This document shows positions 51,837 through 64,000 of a DNA stretch of 64,000 bases, one piece after another; positions within the stretch are counted from its first letter, which is position 1, and each line of letters begins with the position of its first letter. The DNA lies in contig NC_087437.1 in the NCBI RefSeq assembly GCF_036321535.1, positions 10,542,001 to 10,606,000 on the forward strand, read 5' to 3'. Position numbers and translations under genes: made by a program. A model generated the notes under the pieces. The model was not told the DNA's origin and did not search any database. It saw only the letters and a program-made list of their open reading frames with translations. Origin of the DNA: Camelus dromedarius (taxonomy: Eukaryota).

Positions 51837-54164
51837 TTATGTCCCTTGTAGGAGACAATATTTAATGTTTCTTTTCTTTTGACAGTATAAAATATAACCA
51901 TTCTTTTTTCTTACCTATTTCATTTACTTTGCTGTTTTCTGAGAACATCACCATGAGACCTTCATTCATTTTCTAACACTAAGCCTTTGTTATCTGTTTT
52001 ATTATTTTGTTAAAGTGGTGATACTATCATATTAATAATTAATGATTGGTTGAACCTTCAGAAATTAAGGGTAGATTTAAAAGGGAGAGACTGAAAACAA
52101 AGTGTTTAGGAAAACTTGTACTAGAAACCTACCTAGCCACTGAAGGAGATAAAATAAACTAAGGTTTGAAGTATCTTTGCATCTTAGTTTAATGATTGAA
52201 AATCAGCTGCTTTGTTTGCCCAAATCTAATTCCAAATCTGTCTATTCTGTTATCCTGAGCAAGTCATTTGACCTCTCCAAGCCTCCGTTCCCTTAACAGC
52301 TGACAGTGCTATAATTCTGAGATGTATGTCCAAGAACTGAAGCAGACCTCCATGGAAAGAAACACAGTCCTTTACTTAAACTCACTAACAATATTTTAGT
52401 TGTGGATTGTATCTGAAGAGCAGTATCGTATTAGTTCAGTATACCCCCTCCCCCTTGCCTCCCACAGAACATGTATTCATTGTATTTTCAGAAATGAATG
52501 GTGTATGTCTGAATGTTGAGCAGCTATCTATCAAAGAAGATAAAACTGTTCAGGTTATAGATATCAGTAAGATTCCAATCAAAGCAAATCAAAGAGTTGA
52601 GTAAATCACCTAGTTACAGCTCTTTCTTTCATACTGCAAATGTCACTGTTGCTTAGTGGCACTGATTTGTGATTTATGGCCAGACATGTACACCTTCTCT
52701 CCACCTCGCTACTCCTAGTTGGCTTTCTTACCGTACTGTCATTCCATCTGGATGACAGGCAGATGGACCAGTGGATACCTCTGGAGCAGAAACCACTGTT
52801 GAACATGGACACTGATTTCAGAACCTGGCCCGACTGACTAGTGCATAATGTGCAAGAGTTTTATTTCACTATTTTCTCACCAATCCGGACAGATATTCTT
52901 TAGATATTAGGTATTACATTTTAGATATCAGACTTTAGATAATATATTATTAAACATTAATTCATCAAGAAAATTAAGCAAATCTTAACTATTTGACCTA
53001 ACTGATTAAAGGAAGATTGACACATTTCCTCAATATGTTCACGGGAATCCTTTTGTTTAATAAAGACATTATAGGCTTTATAATGCTTATGCAGGAAAAG
53101 CAGCAGAGAAGCTGACCTTTAGAATACCATATTCTTTATCATTCCAAGAAATTTAAAGGGAGTACGCTGCTTTGGAGATATTTTGGGAAGAAGTGGTGCC
53201 CACATTTGATTAAAATTTGTTCTGTAAGACATAAAACTTTCTGTGCCCTCTTTCTATTCTGTAAATTAAGAAATAGTATATATATGGTTTTAAGGTTGCA
53301 AATAACTTTTCTGAGTATATTGATAATAATTTTTCCTTTGTTATAGTCTTTTTCCGAGATGCTCTGTCTTTTCTGACTCTCGTCTTTTATGTCCAGTAAT
53401 CCTTAGTCACTTGTGTATATTATGGGCCAGGTTTCTCAGATCCACTAAATCATCATTACTTGTTTATGTGCTTTCCAGCTTCCAGAATTTATTGCTTTTT
53501 CCAGTTCTCCCCTTACCTCCAGACTGATATATTTGTGCCTTTTTTTTTAAACAAGTTTTACTCCCATTTTAATGGGGCTTTGAAAGGGAACAAATGTTGA
53601 TGTGTTTGTTCTTATTTCCTTGCTCTGATGGAAATTGGCTTTTTAAAATTTGCTTATTTAAATGAAAGCATCTATACTGTTCTTATTTCAAACCACAAGT
53701 TGAGTTCAGCAAGCAAATACTAAGGTCAACACAGCAGTTTAAAGAATTGTTTTAGCAATCATATTTTTATATTGTACAGAGCCTATAAAATAATAATATG
53801 GCTTCAGTAATGTTGCTTATGAATTATAATGAGTTTTTTAAAAAGGTTATTGGATTTTAAAATTAAGTTATTAATTATTTAAAAAAACAAATTTCTTGAT
53901 TTACTTAATCAATTTGGTAGTTCTCAATACATGAATTAAACAGAAATGAACATCTTAATGCCCTACACCTGAATAATTCACAATTGGAAAAGATTTATAG
54001 GAGCACAAAATTAGTTTAGTTTTGAATATGCCTAAGTTTGCATATGTGTACACTTCTCCTGCCTGCTAATCAAGTGGCCCCTTCAAGGGAAGTAGTTTCC
54101 CGAATATTGCCTTGAGATTTTTACAGATTCCCTCAGACGCTTTAACAAGTGGCCTTGGGATGGA

Positions 54165-54378
54165 TAGTGGAGTGTCCACAGGTGCTGGCATTAGAGTCTG
54201 GAGTCGGAACCTAGCGTTAGATCCTAGCTCCGTTACCTGTTAGCTGTGTCTACTTAGAACGACAAATTGGAAAATTGTTAATACACCTTTGCTTTAGATT
54301 GCTGTCAGGATTAAATGAGATGGAATGTTTACAGTACCCAGAGCAATGCAGGCATTCAGATATTAGTTTCTTTCCCTT
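54165..54378 (+). mobile_element. MIR
   Basis: 'tctggagtcggaacctagcgttagatcctagctccgttacctgttagctgtg...aggattaaatgagat'. Confidence 0.75.
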
Positions 54379-54878
54379 GTGAGCCTGCTATCCAGTTTTT
54401 TTTTCTTCAGGATGACAGATGTCAGTTCTTCCACCATTTTATCACTGCCCATGGTTTATTCAAATTGCTGTGGTCATCCCTCCTTGTGAATTCATTGCAT
54501 TCTATATTGTATTCAGTTAAATTAACAATAAAACTGAAAGATGACTGGACAGAAAGAAGTTATTGTTTTTACACTAATAAATGTTGAGGTAATAACAGTG
54601 GTTTTGCCATCACTGACAATCATTATAAAATTTTGTACTGTGTATTTTTTTTCGAAGTTTGATTTTTATCATTTGAAGATAGTTATTCCTGTTAGACACA
54701 TGACATCTGTTAGTCTCTCAAAATTTGCTATGTTATGGATAGACTGCAAGAGTAGCTCAGGAAAGGGAACATAGTTATGATAGCTGAGGTGCTAGGTGTT
54801 ATTTCAAATACCTCATTAATTTATTCAGTGGCAACTATGTTTTCAGTGCAGGGTGCTAGAGCTATAATGGTAAAGAAA

Positions 54879-55423
54879 TGTATCAGTTATTTATATATTA
54901 CTGCATAACCAATTACCCCAAAATGTAGTGAGTTAAACATTTATTATCTCATACTTTCTGTGTGCCAGGAATTTGGGTGCAGCTTAGCTAGTTTCACCTT
55001 GGGGGTCTCTCAGGAAGTTGCTGCATAGCAGTCATCTGAAGGCTTGACTGGGGCTGGAGGATCTGGCTTCAGGGTGGCTCAGTCATGTGCCTGCCAGGTT
55101 GGTACTGGTTGTTGACAGGAGGCCTCGTGTTTTCTGCATGTGGGTGCCTCTGCAGGTTGCAAAGACGGTGGGCTTCTAGAGCAAGCTTTCTGGAGAGAGG
55201 TGAGGGAAGGGGAGAGAGGAAGAAGTAAGGAAATGGGTAGGGGAGATGCAGGCACTATCTAAAAGGAATCCCTCAGAAGCCACATAGCATCAGTTCTATC
55301 ACATCCTTTTTATCAGAAGCAGATCACTGAGTCTGGCCCACATTCAACAGGTGGGGAACTAGGCTCTGCCTTTTGAAGGGGGAATTATCAAAGAATTCAT
55401 AGATATATTTTAAAATCACCACA
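54879..55423 (-). mobile_element. MLT1H-like MaLR solo LTR, inserted in an L2 3' end
   Basis: 'tgtatcagttat...aattaccccaaaatgtagtg...gtcatctgaaggcttgactggggctggaggatc...ttttaaaatcaccaca'. Confidence 0.88.
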
Positions 55424-55821
55424 GTAAAACATCTTTGTCTTCCAGATATTCAATTTCATAGATAACTTGAAACTACAGTTACATTGGTAACTATAGCTTA
55501 GTGTTATCCAACACTGAATTGTAGTTACTAATGTGAATACCAAAATGCAATGAGGTAAGTGCTTTAAGAGCAATATTACAAAATCCATGCTCCTTTAATA
55601 GCTTCTAATTTGGCTTTTTGACTTGAACGTCCTACCATTTCTCAAATTCAAAAGATCTATTGTCTAATTCACCAAGCACATCCCCAAACACGCTCTCTTT
55701 ACTTCTTGTGGTTGTTAACAGTTTTTCTGCCAGTCACCCAGATTTGGAGCTGAGCCCCTTTGAGCACCACACTACAAGCAGTCCTCCAGAGTGGATCACA
55801 CTCACCTTTTGTTTGTTTCTT

Positions 55822-55863
55822 TGTGTGTGTGTGTGTGTATGTTGTGTGTGTGTGTGTGTGTGT
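55822..55863. repeat. Interrupted (TG)n microsatellite at an L1 tail
   Basis: tgtgtgtgtgtgtgtgtatgttgtgtgtgtgtgtgtgtgt followed by (TTTA)n. Confidence 0.95.
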
Positions 55864-56182
55864 TTGTTTATTTATTTATTTTTTATTTATTTATTGAAGT
55901 ATAGCCAGTTTACAATGTTGTGTCAATTTCTGGTGTATGGCATAATACTTCAGTCATAAATGAATATACATGTATTCATTTTCATATTCTTTTTCACCAT
56001 AAGTTACTACTAGATATTAAATACAGTTCCCTGGGCTATACACCATGAAATTGTTGTTTATCTACTTTATATATGTTAGTTCCTGCAGATCTCAAATTCC
56101 CAACTTATCCCTTCCCACCCCCCACCCCGTGCTCCCCGGTAACCATAAGTTTGTTTTCTGTCTGTGAGTCTGTGTCTGTTTT
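55864..56182 (-). mobile_element. L1 3' UTR fragment (cetartiodactyl type)
   Basis: 'ttattgaagtatagccagtttacaatgttgtgtcaatttctggtgta...ggtaaccataagtttgttttctgtctgtgagtctg'. Confidence 0.92.
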
Positions 56183-56744
56183 CAGTTTCCGTTTCTTGTG
56201 TCCTAATCATAACCCTCCTCCTCACTGCCCTGTTACTAAGAATGAATTCTTAGTTCCTCAGCTGTTTCAGGTTCTGAGATCTCCCTTCTTCTTCTTCTTG
56301 TTTTTCCTTCTTTCTTTAAAAAAAGACCTACTTCATTAGTCCTTTCCACCTAAATGAGAGAGATTGTACCAAAGGGAGACATTAGTAAATATTCTCAATA
56401 TGTTTCTGAAGTTGTTTTTTATGGGATTAAAAAGATAAACTACTATAGCTAAAGAATTCTCTTAGACTTAAGTGTCGAGAGGGAAAAGATATTACCAACT
56501 TGACAAGCTTTGGGAGAGAAGATCAGGAATGGAGAGGAACAAGACAAGATCTCTTCAGGTGATGCAGTCAAGTGGAAGGACTCAAACTGAAAGGAAATCT
56601 CAGTTGACAGGATGAGGCACCTTTGGACAGTGTGGATAAGATAGTGGTGATGTAATTATTCACTAGACTGTGTAACCTGTTTCTCAGTAGGAGAGAGTGG
56701 ACAGGAAGAGAGGGAGGACTATTAATGATCAGAAAGACTGGGGT

Positions 56745-56850
56745 TGTCAGTGGCTGCCTGTGCAACCTTGGTCAAGTTGCTTACATTCTCTGGACTTCAG
56801 TTTGTTAATCTGAGAAAATAAAGGAGTTGGATTAGATCATTTCCAATGAT
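56745..56850 (+). mobile_element. MIR core fragment
   Basis: 'tgtgcaaccttggtcaagttgcttacattctctggacttcagtttgttaatctgagaaaata'. Confidence 0.75.
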
Positions 56851-58601
56851 ACCATAGTTTGCCTTTGAAAAGGGAGTTAGATATAATTGAAACAATTGAA
56901 TTCTCTATTTTTTAAACACGTTTCCCCATTTTAAAAATCCTATAAAAACAACTTCAGAAGTATATTCAGAACTTTTACTAACATCTCCCATTGATTGAAT
57001 CTCTCTGATTTCCATTTATTAAATAGAATCCAGTATCAAATCAAATTATACTATTGTAACTGAAGTTGCTATTTAATTAACATATATTTTAAAATACATT
57101 ATTAATGGATTATAATTTGAAAATATTTATTAGAGAGACACTTTCCAAAACTTACAGGCAAGAAAGAGTTAAACTGGCCAGAATGTCTATGTACTTAACA
57201 ATCTATTTATATACATTGTCTTGTAAGTTAATATTTTCTTATATACTTTTGAGTATTATTTAAGATTTCCTTCTTTGCAGTGTTCCAGTTGTCAAAAAAT
57301 ATTTTCCTGACAAAGGAGAGTGTTAATTCTTAGAAGTCAGTGAACATTAAATGGAGAGAAATTGATAGTCTGTTACTTTATAGAGAATAAAGGATTTTCA
57401 AACCATGACTGATTTTAAGCTGTAAACCAAGTTTATAGCATAAATACTCTGAACTGACCTTATTAACCAAAGTTGATTAAAACCAGATTAAAGTTTATAA
57501 AACTTTAAACTTTATAACTTTATATAAACTTTAATCTCCCTGAGTGAACAGGGGGCAATAAGGTCTGTTGTTTTTTGCTCTTTCTCTGCCTTAGCCCTGA
57601 TGAGCTCTTTGGTGTGAACTTGGCCTGGCTGTTCTGCCAGAACTGACTTTCTTGGTGAGAAGAGTTGCAGATGAGCATAACCTTCTTAAATGCTGTCATC
57701 TTTACCTTCCTAGACATGTTTGTAGGCTGAACGCGATAATACACTGCAATTCTCTTCATTTTATAGCTAATACTTATGTGGTGGTGACCACATGCCAGAC
57801 ACTATTCTGAGCTCTGTGATGTGAATGAACACATTTGATTCTCAGTGATGACCCTGTGACAAAAAGCTGTCCTTCTCCTTTGGTATCAAGGTCATGAAAA
57901 ATAGCTGAGATCCCAGCATTCCTGGTTTGTGTCCATAGTGGGATCTGAGAGTAGTCTTCTTTAAGAATAGCCTTAGTAGCAGCCGTATCTCAAAGCACTC
58001 TACCCAGGGGAAAACCAAGTTTTACTTGTGTTGTCACAGTGCCTTGTACAAAGATAGCCAGTGCTGAAGTGCTGGGAGTTGTCTGTCCTACCCGTCTTTC
58101 TCCCCTTAATTCCTCACATCCAGTCCTAAGTGTTGTCAGTTCCACCAGTGCAGTGTTTCCCTTTACTAGTCCCCTCCTCTCTGTGCCCATTGACTGCGTT
58201 AAGCCATCACTGTCCCCAGTCTGACCTGTTTGAAGTGATAGCCCCACAATGTTCTTTATGCATCTTAGGCATTGCTCTTCTCTAATTCTTTGCAAGTTCT
58301 AGGCTGTAACAGCCTGTTTTGAGAAGTTAACAGTTTTATTAAGCTGTTCTCCCATTTAAAGCGTACAAATCAGTTAGTGCTATATTCAGAGTTGTGCAAC
58401 CACCACTCGCAAGGAGAAAACCTGTACTTGTTGGCATTCACTCCCCATTTCCCATTCTTCCAGCCCTGCTTTGCCACTGGAGAGTTGACTGTTCTAGACA
58501 TTTCATATAAATGGAATCATGTATTTTTTTTGAAAAATTTTATTGAAGTAGAGTTGATTTACAATATTGTTATTTTCTGGTGTACAGCATAGTAATTCAG
58601 T

Positions 58602-58641
58602 TATCTATCTATCTATCTATCTGTCTGTCTGTCTATCTATC
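58602..58641. repeat. (TATC)n/(TGTC)n compound microsatellite within L1 3' UTR
   Basis: tatctatctatctatctatctgtctgtctgtctatctatc. Confidence 0.95.
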
Positions 58642-60268
58642 TTTTCATATTCTTTCTCATTACAGGCTGTTATAAGATATTGAATATAGTTCCCTGTGCA
58701 ACATAGTAGGACCTTATTGTTTATCTGTTTTGCACACAGTAGTGTATATCTGCAAGTCCCGGACTTCCAATTCGTCCTCCACCCTCCACTCTCCCCCTTG
58801 GTAATCCGTATGTCTGTCAGTCTGTTTCTGTTTTGTAAATAAGTTAATTTGTCTCATTTTTTTAGATTCCACATATAAATGATATCATATAGTATTCTTT
58901 CTGGCTTACTTCACTTAGTATGACATTCTCCAGGTCCATTCATGTTGCTGCAAATGGCATTATTTCATTCTTTTTATGGCTGAGTAGTATTCCATTCAGT
59001 GTCTATATCACAGCTTCTTTATCCAGTCATCTATCAGTGGACATTTAGGTTGCTTCCGTGTCTTGGTTATTGTATATAGTGCTGCTGTGAACATTGGGGT
59101 GCAGGTAGCTTTTTGAATTGGAGTTTTCTCTGGGTATATGCCCAGGAGTGGGGTTACTGGATCATATGGTAAGTCTATTTTTAGTTTTTTAAGTAATTGC
59201 CATGCTGTTGTATGCAATGACTGCACCAAACTAAATTCCCGCCAGCAGTGTAGGAGGGTTCCCTTTTCTACACACTGTCTCCAGCATTTATCCTTTGTGG
59301 ATTTTTTAATGATGGCCATTCTGACTGGTGTGAAGTGATACCTCATTGTAGTTTTGATTTGTGTTCCTCTGATAATTAGCGATATTGAGCATTTTTTATG
59401 TGCCTATTGGCCATTTGTATGTCTTCATTGGTGAATGTTTGTTTAGGTCTTCTGCTCATTTTTGGATTACGTTGTTTGTTTTTTGTTATTGAGCTGTGTG
59501 AGCTCTTTGTATAATCTGGAAATTAATCCCTTGTCAGTCATATCCTTTGCAAATATTTTCTGCCATTCCATAGGTTGTCTTTTTGTTTTGCTTATGGTTT
59601 CCTTTGCTGTGCAAAAGCTTGTAAGTTTAGTTAGGTCCCATTTGTTTATTTTTGCTTTTATTTCTATTGCCCTGGGAGAACATTGCTAAGATTTATGTCA
59701 GAGAATGTTTTGCCTATGTTTTCTTCTAGGAGGTTTATAGTCCTGTTTTATGTTTAAGTCTTTAAACCATTTTGAGTTTATTTGTGTGTGTGTTGTGAGG
59801 GAATGTTCTAACTTCACTGATTCACATGCTGCTGTCCAGCTTTCCTAACACCATTTGTCGAAGAGATGGTCTTTTCTCCCTTGTATATTCTTTCCTCCTT
59901 TGTCGAAGATTAATTGACTGTAGGTGTGTGGGTTTATTTTTGGGCTCTCTGTTCTGTTCCATTGATCCATATGTCTGTTCCTGTACCAGTACCATGCTGT
60001 TGTTATTACTGTAGCTGTGTAGTATTGTCTGAAGTCTGGGAGGGTTATTCCTCCAGCCTCATTCTTTGTCTTCAACGTTGTGTTGGCAATTCTGGATCTT
60101 CTGTGATTCCATATAAATTTTAGGATGATTTGTTCTAGTTCTGCGAAAAATGTCCCGGGTAATTTGATAGGGATTGCATTATATCTGTAGATAGCTTTGG
60201 GTAGTATGGCCATTTTAACAATATTAGTTCTTCCAATCCAAGAGCATGGGCTATCTTTCCGTTTCTTT

Positions 60269-61222
60269 CTTTTTTTTTTTTTCCAAACATTTTTTATTGA
60301 GTTATACTCATTTTACAATGTTGTGCCAAATTCCAGTGTAGAGCACAATTTTTCAGTTATACGTAAACGTACATATATTCATTGTCACATTTTTTTCTCT
60401 GTGAGCTACCACAAGATCTTGTATATATTTCCCTGTGTTATACAATATAATCTTGTTTATCTATTCTACATTTTGAAATCCCAGTCTGTCCCTTCCCAGC
60501 CCCCACCCCGTTGGCAACCACAAGTTTGTATTCTATGTCTATGAGTCTGTTTCTGTTTTGTATTTATGTTTTGGTTTTGTTTTTGTTTTTTTTCTAGATT
60601 CCACATATAAGCGATTGCATATGGTATTTTTCTTTCTCTTTCTGGCTTACTTCACTTAGAATGGCATTCTCCAGGAACATCCATGTTGCTGCAAATGGCG
60701 TTATGTTGTCAGTTTTTATGGCTGAATAGTATTCTATTGTATAAATAACACTTATTCTTTATCCAGTCATCTGTTGATGGACATTTAGGCTGTTTCCATG
60801 TCTTGCTTATTGTAAATAGTGCTGCTATGAACATTGGGGTGCAAGTGTCATTTTGAAGTAGGGTTCCTTCTAGATACATGCGCAGGAGCAGGATTCCTGG
60901 GTCATATGGTAAGTCTATTCCTAGTCTTTTGAGGAATCTCCATACTGTTTTCCACAGTGGCTGTACCAAACTGCATTCCCACCAGCAGTGTAGGAGGGTT
61001 CCCTTTTCTTCACAGCCTCTCCAGCATTTGTCATTTGTGGACTTTTGAATGATGGCCATTCTGACTGGTGTGAGATGATATCTCATTGTAGTTTTGATTT
61101 GCATTTCTCTGATAATTAGTGATATTGAACATTTTTTCATGTGCCTATGATCATTTGTGTTTTTTCCTTGGAGAATTACTTGTTTAGATCTTTGGCCCAT
61201 TTTTGGATTGGGTTGTTTGTTT
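60269..61222 (-). mobile_element. Younger 5'-truncated L1 (~950 bp) nested in the previous L1
   Basis: Poly-T at 60270-60282, a second 3' UTR and a second copy of the ORF2 C-terminus ([30 protein letters not shown]...HCWWEC). Host L1 sequence 'ctatctttccgtttcttt | aaatcatcttt' rejoins across it. Confidence 0.95.
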
Positions 61223-63241
61223 AAATCATCTTTAATTTTCTTTATCAGTGTTTTATAGTTCTCAGCATACAAGTTTTTCACCTTCTTGGTCAGGGTTATT
61301 CCTAATTATTTTACTTTTTTGATGCAATTTTAAAAGGAACTGTTTTTTTTTTTTAACTTTCCTGATATTTCATTGTTAGTAGTAAAGAAATGCAACTGAT
61401 TTCTATATGTTAATCTTGTATCCTGCTACCTTGCTGAATTCCTTTACTAGCTCTAGTAGTTTTTGTGTGAAGTCTTTAGGGTTTTATATATATAGTATCA
61501 TGTTATCTGCATATAGTGACAATTTTACCTCTTCTCTTCCAATTTGGATCCCTTTTATTTCTTTTTCTTATCTGATTGCTGTGGCTAGGACTTGCAGTAC
61601 TATGTTGAATAGAAGTGGTGAGAGTGGGCACCCTTGTCTTGTTCCAGATTTTAGTGGGAAGGTTCTCAACTTTTCACCATTGAGTATTGTCTGTGGGTTT
61701 GTCATAAATAGGTTTTATTATGTTGAGATATGTTCCCTCTGTACCCACTTTAGTAAGAGTTTTTATCATGAATGGATATTGAATTTTATCAAATGCTTTT
61801 TCTGCATCTATTGAGATGATCATGTGATTTTTGTCCTCTTTTTTTGTTGATGTGGTATATCTCATTGATTGATTTGTTGAACCATCCTTATATCCCTGGG
61901 ATGAATCTTACTTAATGGTAGTGTATGATGTTTTTTATGTGTTGTTAGATTTGGTTTGTTAATATTTTGTTGACAATTTTTGCATCTGTATTCATCAGAG
62001 GTATTGCCCTGTAATTTTTTGTTTTTGGTAGCTTGTCTGGATTTGGTATCAGGGTGATGATGGCTTCATAGAATGAGTTTGGGAATGAGAATTTGAGAAA
62101 GATTGGTATAAGTTCTTATTTATATGTTTTGTGGAATTCCCCAGTGAAGCCATCTGGTCCTGGACTTTTGTGTGCAGGGAGGTCTTTTTTGATTAGATTG
62201 CATTTCACTTCTAGTGATCAGTCTGTTCAAATTATCTATTTTGTTTTGATTCAGTTTTGGTGGACTTTTTGTTTCTAGAAACTTGTCCATTTCTTCTAGG
62301 CTGTCCAGTTTCTTGCCATATAATTGTTCATACTATCTTCTTATGGTTTTTTTGTGTATCTGGTATTGGTTGTTATTTCTCCTCTTTCATTTCTTGTTTT
62401 GTTTATTTGGGTCCTCTCCCTTTTCTTCTTGTGAGCCTGGCCAGAGGTTTGTCAATTTTGTTTACTGTTTCTGAAAACCAGCTCTTGGTTTTATTGATTT
62501 TTTTTCTATTTTTAAAAAATCTCTTTTATTTATTTCCTCTCGGACGTTTATTATTTCTTTTCTTCTGCTGACTTTAGGTTTTGTTTGTTCTTCTTTTTAA
62601 AATTCTTTTAGGTGGTAGGTTAGGTTGTTTATCTGAGGTTTTTTAAAATTTGTTTTATGATGTGTTGCTGTATCACAGTGAACTTTCCTCTTAGGAGTAC
62701 TTTTGCCATATCCCATAGATTTTGTGTAGTTGTTTTCATTGTTAATTGTCTCAGGGGATTTTTTAATTTCCTCTTTGATTTCATTGTTGACCCATTCATT
62801 TTTTAGGTACATGTTGTTTAGTCTCCATGAAGTCATTTTTTTTTTTTCCCCTCATTTCTCTTTCTGTAGTTGGTTTCTAGTTTCATTTTGTTCTGGGTGG
62901 AAAAGAAGCTTGAAATAATTTCTATCCTCTTAAATTTGTTGGGGCTTGTTTATGAGTCATACACATTTTTGGTGACTTAACATAATGTTCTCCAAGGTTC
63001 ACTATTCAGCGAGGTTATGCATTTACCCTGTGATTAGCCAAGGGCTTGTAGCACAGAATGGCCCTCTCTGGTTGTTTCTCAGAGGGCACAGCTTTGGTCC
63101 CATGCTATACGCATGGGACCAACAGGGATAATGGTAGTTTTAGTGGGTTCTCTTTGACTGCCCTCCCCATCACTCACAGTCTCCTGCCTCTTCAGTTCTA
63201 TTATCATCGCACTCAGCTGTTAGCCTCCTCTAATTCCTAGC

Positions 63242-63731
63242 TGTATTTGTTTTCTAGGGCTGCTGTAGCAAATTACCACAAAGTAGGTGACTTAAAACAG
63301 TAGGATTTTATTGTCTCACAGTTTTGAAGTCTAGAAGTCCACAATCAAGTTGTACCCAGGGTCATCCTCCCTCTGAAACCTGTAGGGAGAATCCTTCCTT
63401 GCCTCTTCTCGCTTCTGGTGTTTGCCAGCAGTCCTTGGCATTCGTTATCTTCTTAATGCAGCACTCCGATCTCTGCTTTTGTCTTCACATGGCTGTCTGT
63501 CCTTACATGTCTTTCTCCACATGGTGTTCTCCTCTGTGTGTGTGTGTGTCCGTGTCCAGATTTCTCTCCTCTTGTAAGGACACCAGTCATGTTGGATTAG
63601 GGTTCACTCTGATGACCTTATCTTTAACTTAATTGCATCTACAAAGGTCATGTTTCCCAGTGAGGTCACATTCACAGATGGGAGGTTTTTAGGACATCAA
63701 CCTTTTGGAGGACACAGTTAAACCCCCAGTA
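63242..63731 (-). mobile_element. MLT1C-like MaLR solo LTR
   Basis: 'tgtatttgttttctagggctgctgtagcaaattaccacaaa...aaggacaccagtcatgttggattaggg...ggacacagttaaaccc'. 5-bp TSD CTAGC/GTAGC. Confidence 0.92.
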
Positions 63732-64000
63732 GTAGCTGATTTGCTCTTTTGTTTTCAGTAATGCTCTGGGGCATACACATTGCTGCACCTTCTGATCCAA
63801 ATGATGTCTGGCTCCTTGGCCAGAATCTGGATGCTGCCAGTCTTTGAAGCTTGCATAGACACTCCTGGGCTTAGATCTGTGGGTCAGTCACTGGAGCGTG
63901 ATGAAGGGCTCACTCTTTACCAGCTCTCCACCTGGGTCTTCCTGTGTATATGTTTGTGTGTGAAGGGGATGGAAGCTGGTGCTGCCATCTAGAAAGATCT

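Larger units (their letters stand above)
58524..62951 (-). mobile_element. 5'-truncated L1 (~3.5 kb excluding insert): decayed ORF2 from just after the endonuclease domain through RT and C-terminus, plus 3' UTR
   Basis: Minus ORF fragments [69 protein letters not shown]. The RT catalytic motif reads YADN (61502-61513) instead of YADD. Multiple frameshifts. Confidence 0.97.
58325..63002 (-). mobile_element. L1MB-like 3' end, split into 58325-58523 and ~62952-63002 by a younger L1
   Basis: Left piece ends 'gacatttcatataaatggaatcat'. Right piece resumes 'agtcatacacatttttggtgacttaacataatgttctccaaggttca', the expected continuation. Confidence 0.7.

Noticed and set aside
52492..52553. Possible coding exon MNGVCLNVEQLSIKEDKTVQ
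   Set aside because: Acceptor is plausible but the donor (CAG|gttata) is weak, and the peptide is not recognised.
58524..62951. Active or domesticated reverse transcriptase gene
   Set aside because: 5'-truncated and frameshifted, catalytic YADD changed to YADN, and interrupted by another L1.

Overview
This is AT-rich eutherian genomic DNA that reads as the interior of a long intron. The host gene is probably on the + strand: the + strand looks T/G-rich by eye, and all long L1 pieces are antisense. I found no CpG island, no confidently identifiable protein-coding exon and no nameable gene. The ORF track is mostly chance ORFs or L1/L2/LTR remnants. The window holds ancient repeats (MIR, L2, L3/CR1, hAT-Charlie DNA transposons, MaLR/ERVL/ERV1 solo LTRs, old L1M 3' ends) plus younger L1 copies with a cetartiodactyl-type 3' UTR. 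No Alu, B1/B2, Bov-A/tA, PRE-1 or Can-SINE was seen, which suggests a camelid (inference). Most notable observations: (1) a 24-27 nt tailless retrocopy of the 5' half of tRNA-Gly(TCC), with a perfect 16-bp TSD and an internal microhomology deletion (42083-42138); (2) a recognisable AmnSINE1 copy (~49920-50310); (3) a three-level nested L1 stack (58325-63000); (4) a ~5 kb repeat-poor, motif-rich block that may hold conserved enhancers and small cassette exons. I see no evidence for a new multi-gene system. Repeat family names come from recalled consensus sequences and need Dfam/RepeatMasker confirmation; boundaries of old repeats are approximate.
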